64,000 nt of DNA from Bilabrum cf. latius. Taxonomy: Eukaryota. Below are positions 62,778 through 64,000 of this stretch, in pieces (within the stretch, counting starts at the first letter, position 1; the number at the start of each line of letters is the position of its first letter). The stretch lies in the NCBI GenBank assembly GCA_965178125.1, contig OZ237764.1, positions 682,001 to 746,000 of the forward strand, written 5' to 3'. Both the position numbers and the translations under genes were made by a program. The notes under the pieces are model-generated. The model saw nothing but the letters and a program-made list of their open reading frames with translations, was not told the origin of the DNA and ran no database searches.

Positions 62778-62963
62778 AAAAGTGTTTTGGCTCGGACCAA
62801 ATGCGGATATTAGAGAGACGCCGCAATCCGATGCATCGAGACGCTTCCCTGGCGGGTCTGAAACAGGAATCCAACGGTAAGAAGCGTCCAAGTGCTCCGT
62901 ATCCTGCTCACCAAGATCGGAAGCACGCCAGAGCATGCAAGTTATCACTCGTCACACCGTTCC

Positions 62964-64000
62964 TCAGCGCCCTCGGATGCCCTCGCACACGCCAGGCTGC
63001 TGAGCGAGTGCGTAGGCCTGCTGCACCACGTCATTGCGCGCGTCATCGAACCACGGGAAGCACAGCAGCACATCGCCCCTGCAGACGGCCGGCAGGTAGG
63101 CGTCAACCACGGTGCGGTTCGCGTCCCGTGGCACCGATCCCTGCATGAGGTTCACCGAGAACGACTCTGGCCAGGTAAAGTTGCTGGCGATGGGGGTGGT
63201 GAAAGGCGCGGGCTCGTTGTTGGTGAGCGGCGCAGAGACTCTCCGGTAGGCAAGGTCGCTTTCCTCGGGAGCCATGAGTATCCCAGGGACGGCCTTGTAC
63301 ACGAGCTCAAACACATCCGCGTCCAAGGCCCCGCCGCCGGGGCCAGTCACCGTTGAGTCGACGTAGAAGATGCTCAGGTTCTCGCCCCACCGCTTGCGGG
63401 CGTACTGGATCTTGCGGATCAGGTTGTCGGCCACCGCTTGCACGTCGCTGCGCCCGTCGGGCTTCAGCAGAAACTTCTGGTAGTACTTGAAAGGGGCCTA
63501 GTCAGGGGGCTGAGTGGACGAGTGGTTCGGGTTGATGGTGAGCACTTGCGGCCGGAGAGTGAGGCCTCCCCTGAGCCCCGCTCGCTGCATCATCGCGAAT
63601 GCCTCGTCGGCGATGCCATCCATCTCCGGGGCCAGGATGGGGAGCAAGTCTGGGCTGCCTATGTACGTGATGTCCTGAGGGTACTGCTGGCCCTCGATGC
63701 TCCAGATGATGATGCCCTGGCAGTCCAAACCGGACGTAGGCTGCTGCTGCTGCCGATGGGGCCTCCCAGAGGTGCACCGCTCGATGGAGCCGTTGACTTG
63801 CTGCAAGAACGCCTCCTGGAACGCCTTCACCCCCGCGGGGCTGGTCGTGTTGATGGACCCGGGGTCGGGGCCCACGGTCCATCCCCGTGGATTGGGGCAG
63901 TCTTCAGGTGCCAGCGACTTGCAGGAGCACGAGGCGCCGCATTTGCCGGCAGGGAACAGCGTGCCGATGGGTCGGCGGTCCTTCCAGTCCAGTGTCTCGG
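62964..64000 (-). CDS. Hypothetical protein, 5' end outside window
   Basis: WKDRRPIG...NPRGW...QGIIIWSIEG...TYIGSP...APEM...GLTLRPQ, continuing through TAG 63498 into KRWG...FYVDSTV. Confidence 0.65.

Noticed and set aside
1-64000. Pyrrolysine or occasional programmed read-through as the explanation for TAG
   Set aside because: TAG is frequent in many unrelated genes and interchanges directly with CAG between paralogues.

Overview
Eukaryotic (protist-like) genomic DNA with GC-rich genes and GT-AG introns. TAG is read as a sense codon, almost certainly Gln, and only TAA/TGA terminate, so the supplied ORF track fragments most genes. A ~29 kb endogenous virus-like element (3172-32291) has ~1.16 kb terminal inverted repeats and a GGCAC(C) target-site duplication, and interrupts one copy of a tandemly duplicated host cluster. 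Its interior looks chimeric. The AT-rich left part ('A': rve integrase-chromodomain, two putative core proteins, DUF5824-like protein, GIY-YIG nuclease) has no in-frame TAG. The right part ('B') is a virophage gene set (major capsid, penton, Cys protease, packaging ATPase, core protein, three fibre-like paralogues, PolB, SF3 helicase, second rve integrase) that uses TAG=Gln in every gene. Four tyrosine-recombinase (DIRS-like) retroelement copies are inserted in viral genes, including a reciprocal gag-only / RT-RNaseH-YR-only pair with shared ends. A separate 8.8 kb split-direct-repeat element filled with 107- and 112-bp satellites interrupts a host gene. The last ~12 kb holds ordinary host genes (nucleoredoxin, MYB, LMBR1-domain, hypotheticals). 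Family assignments come from motif recognition, not database searches.
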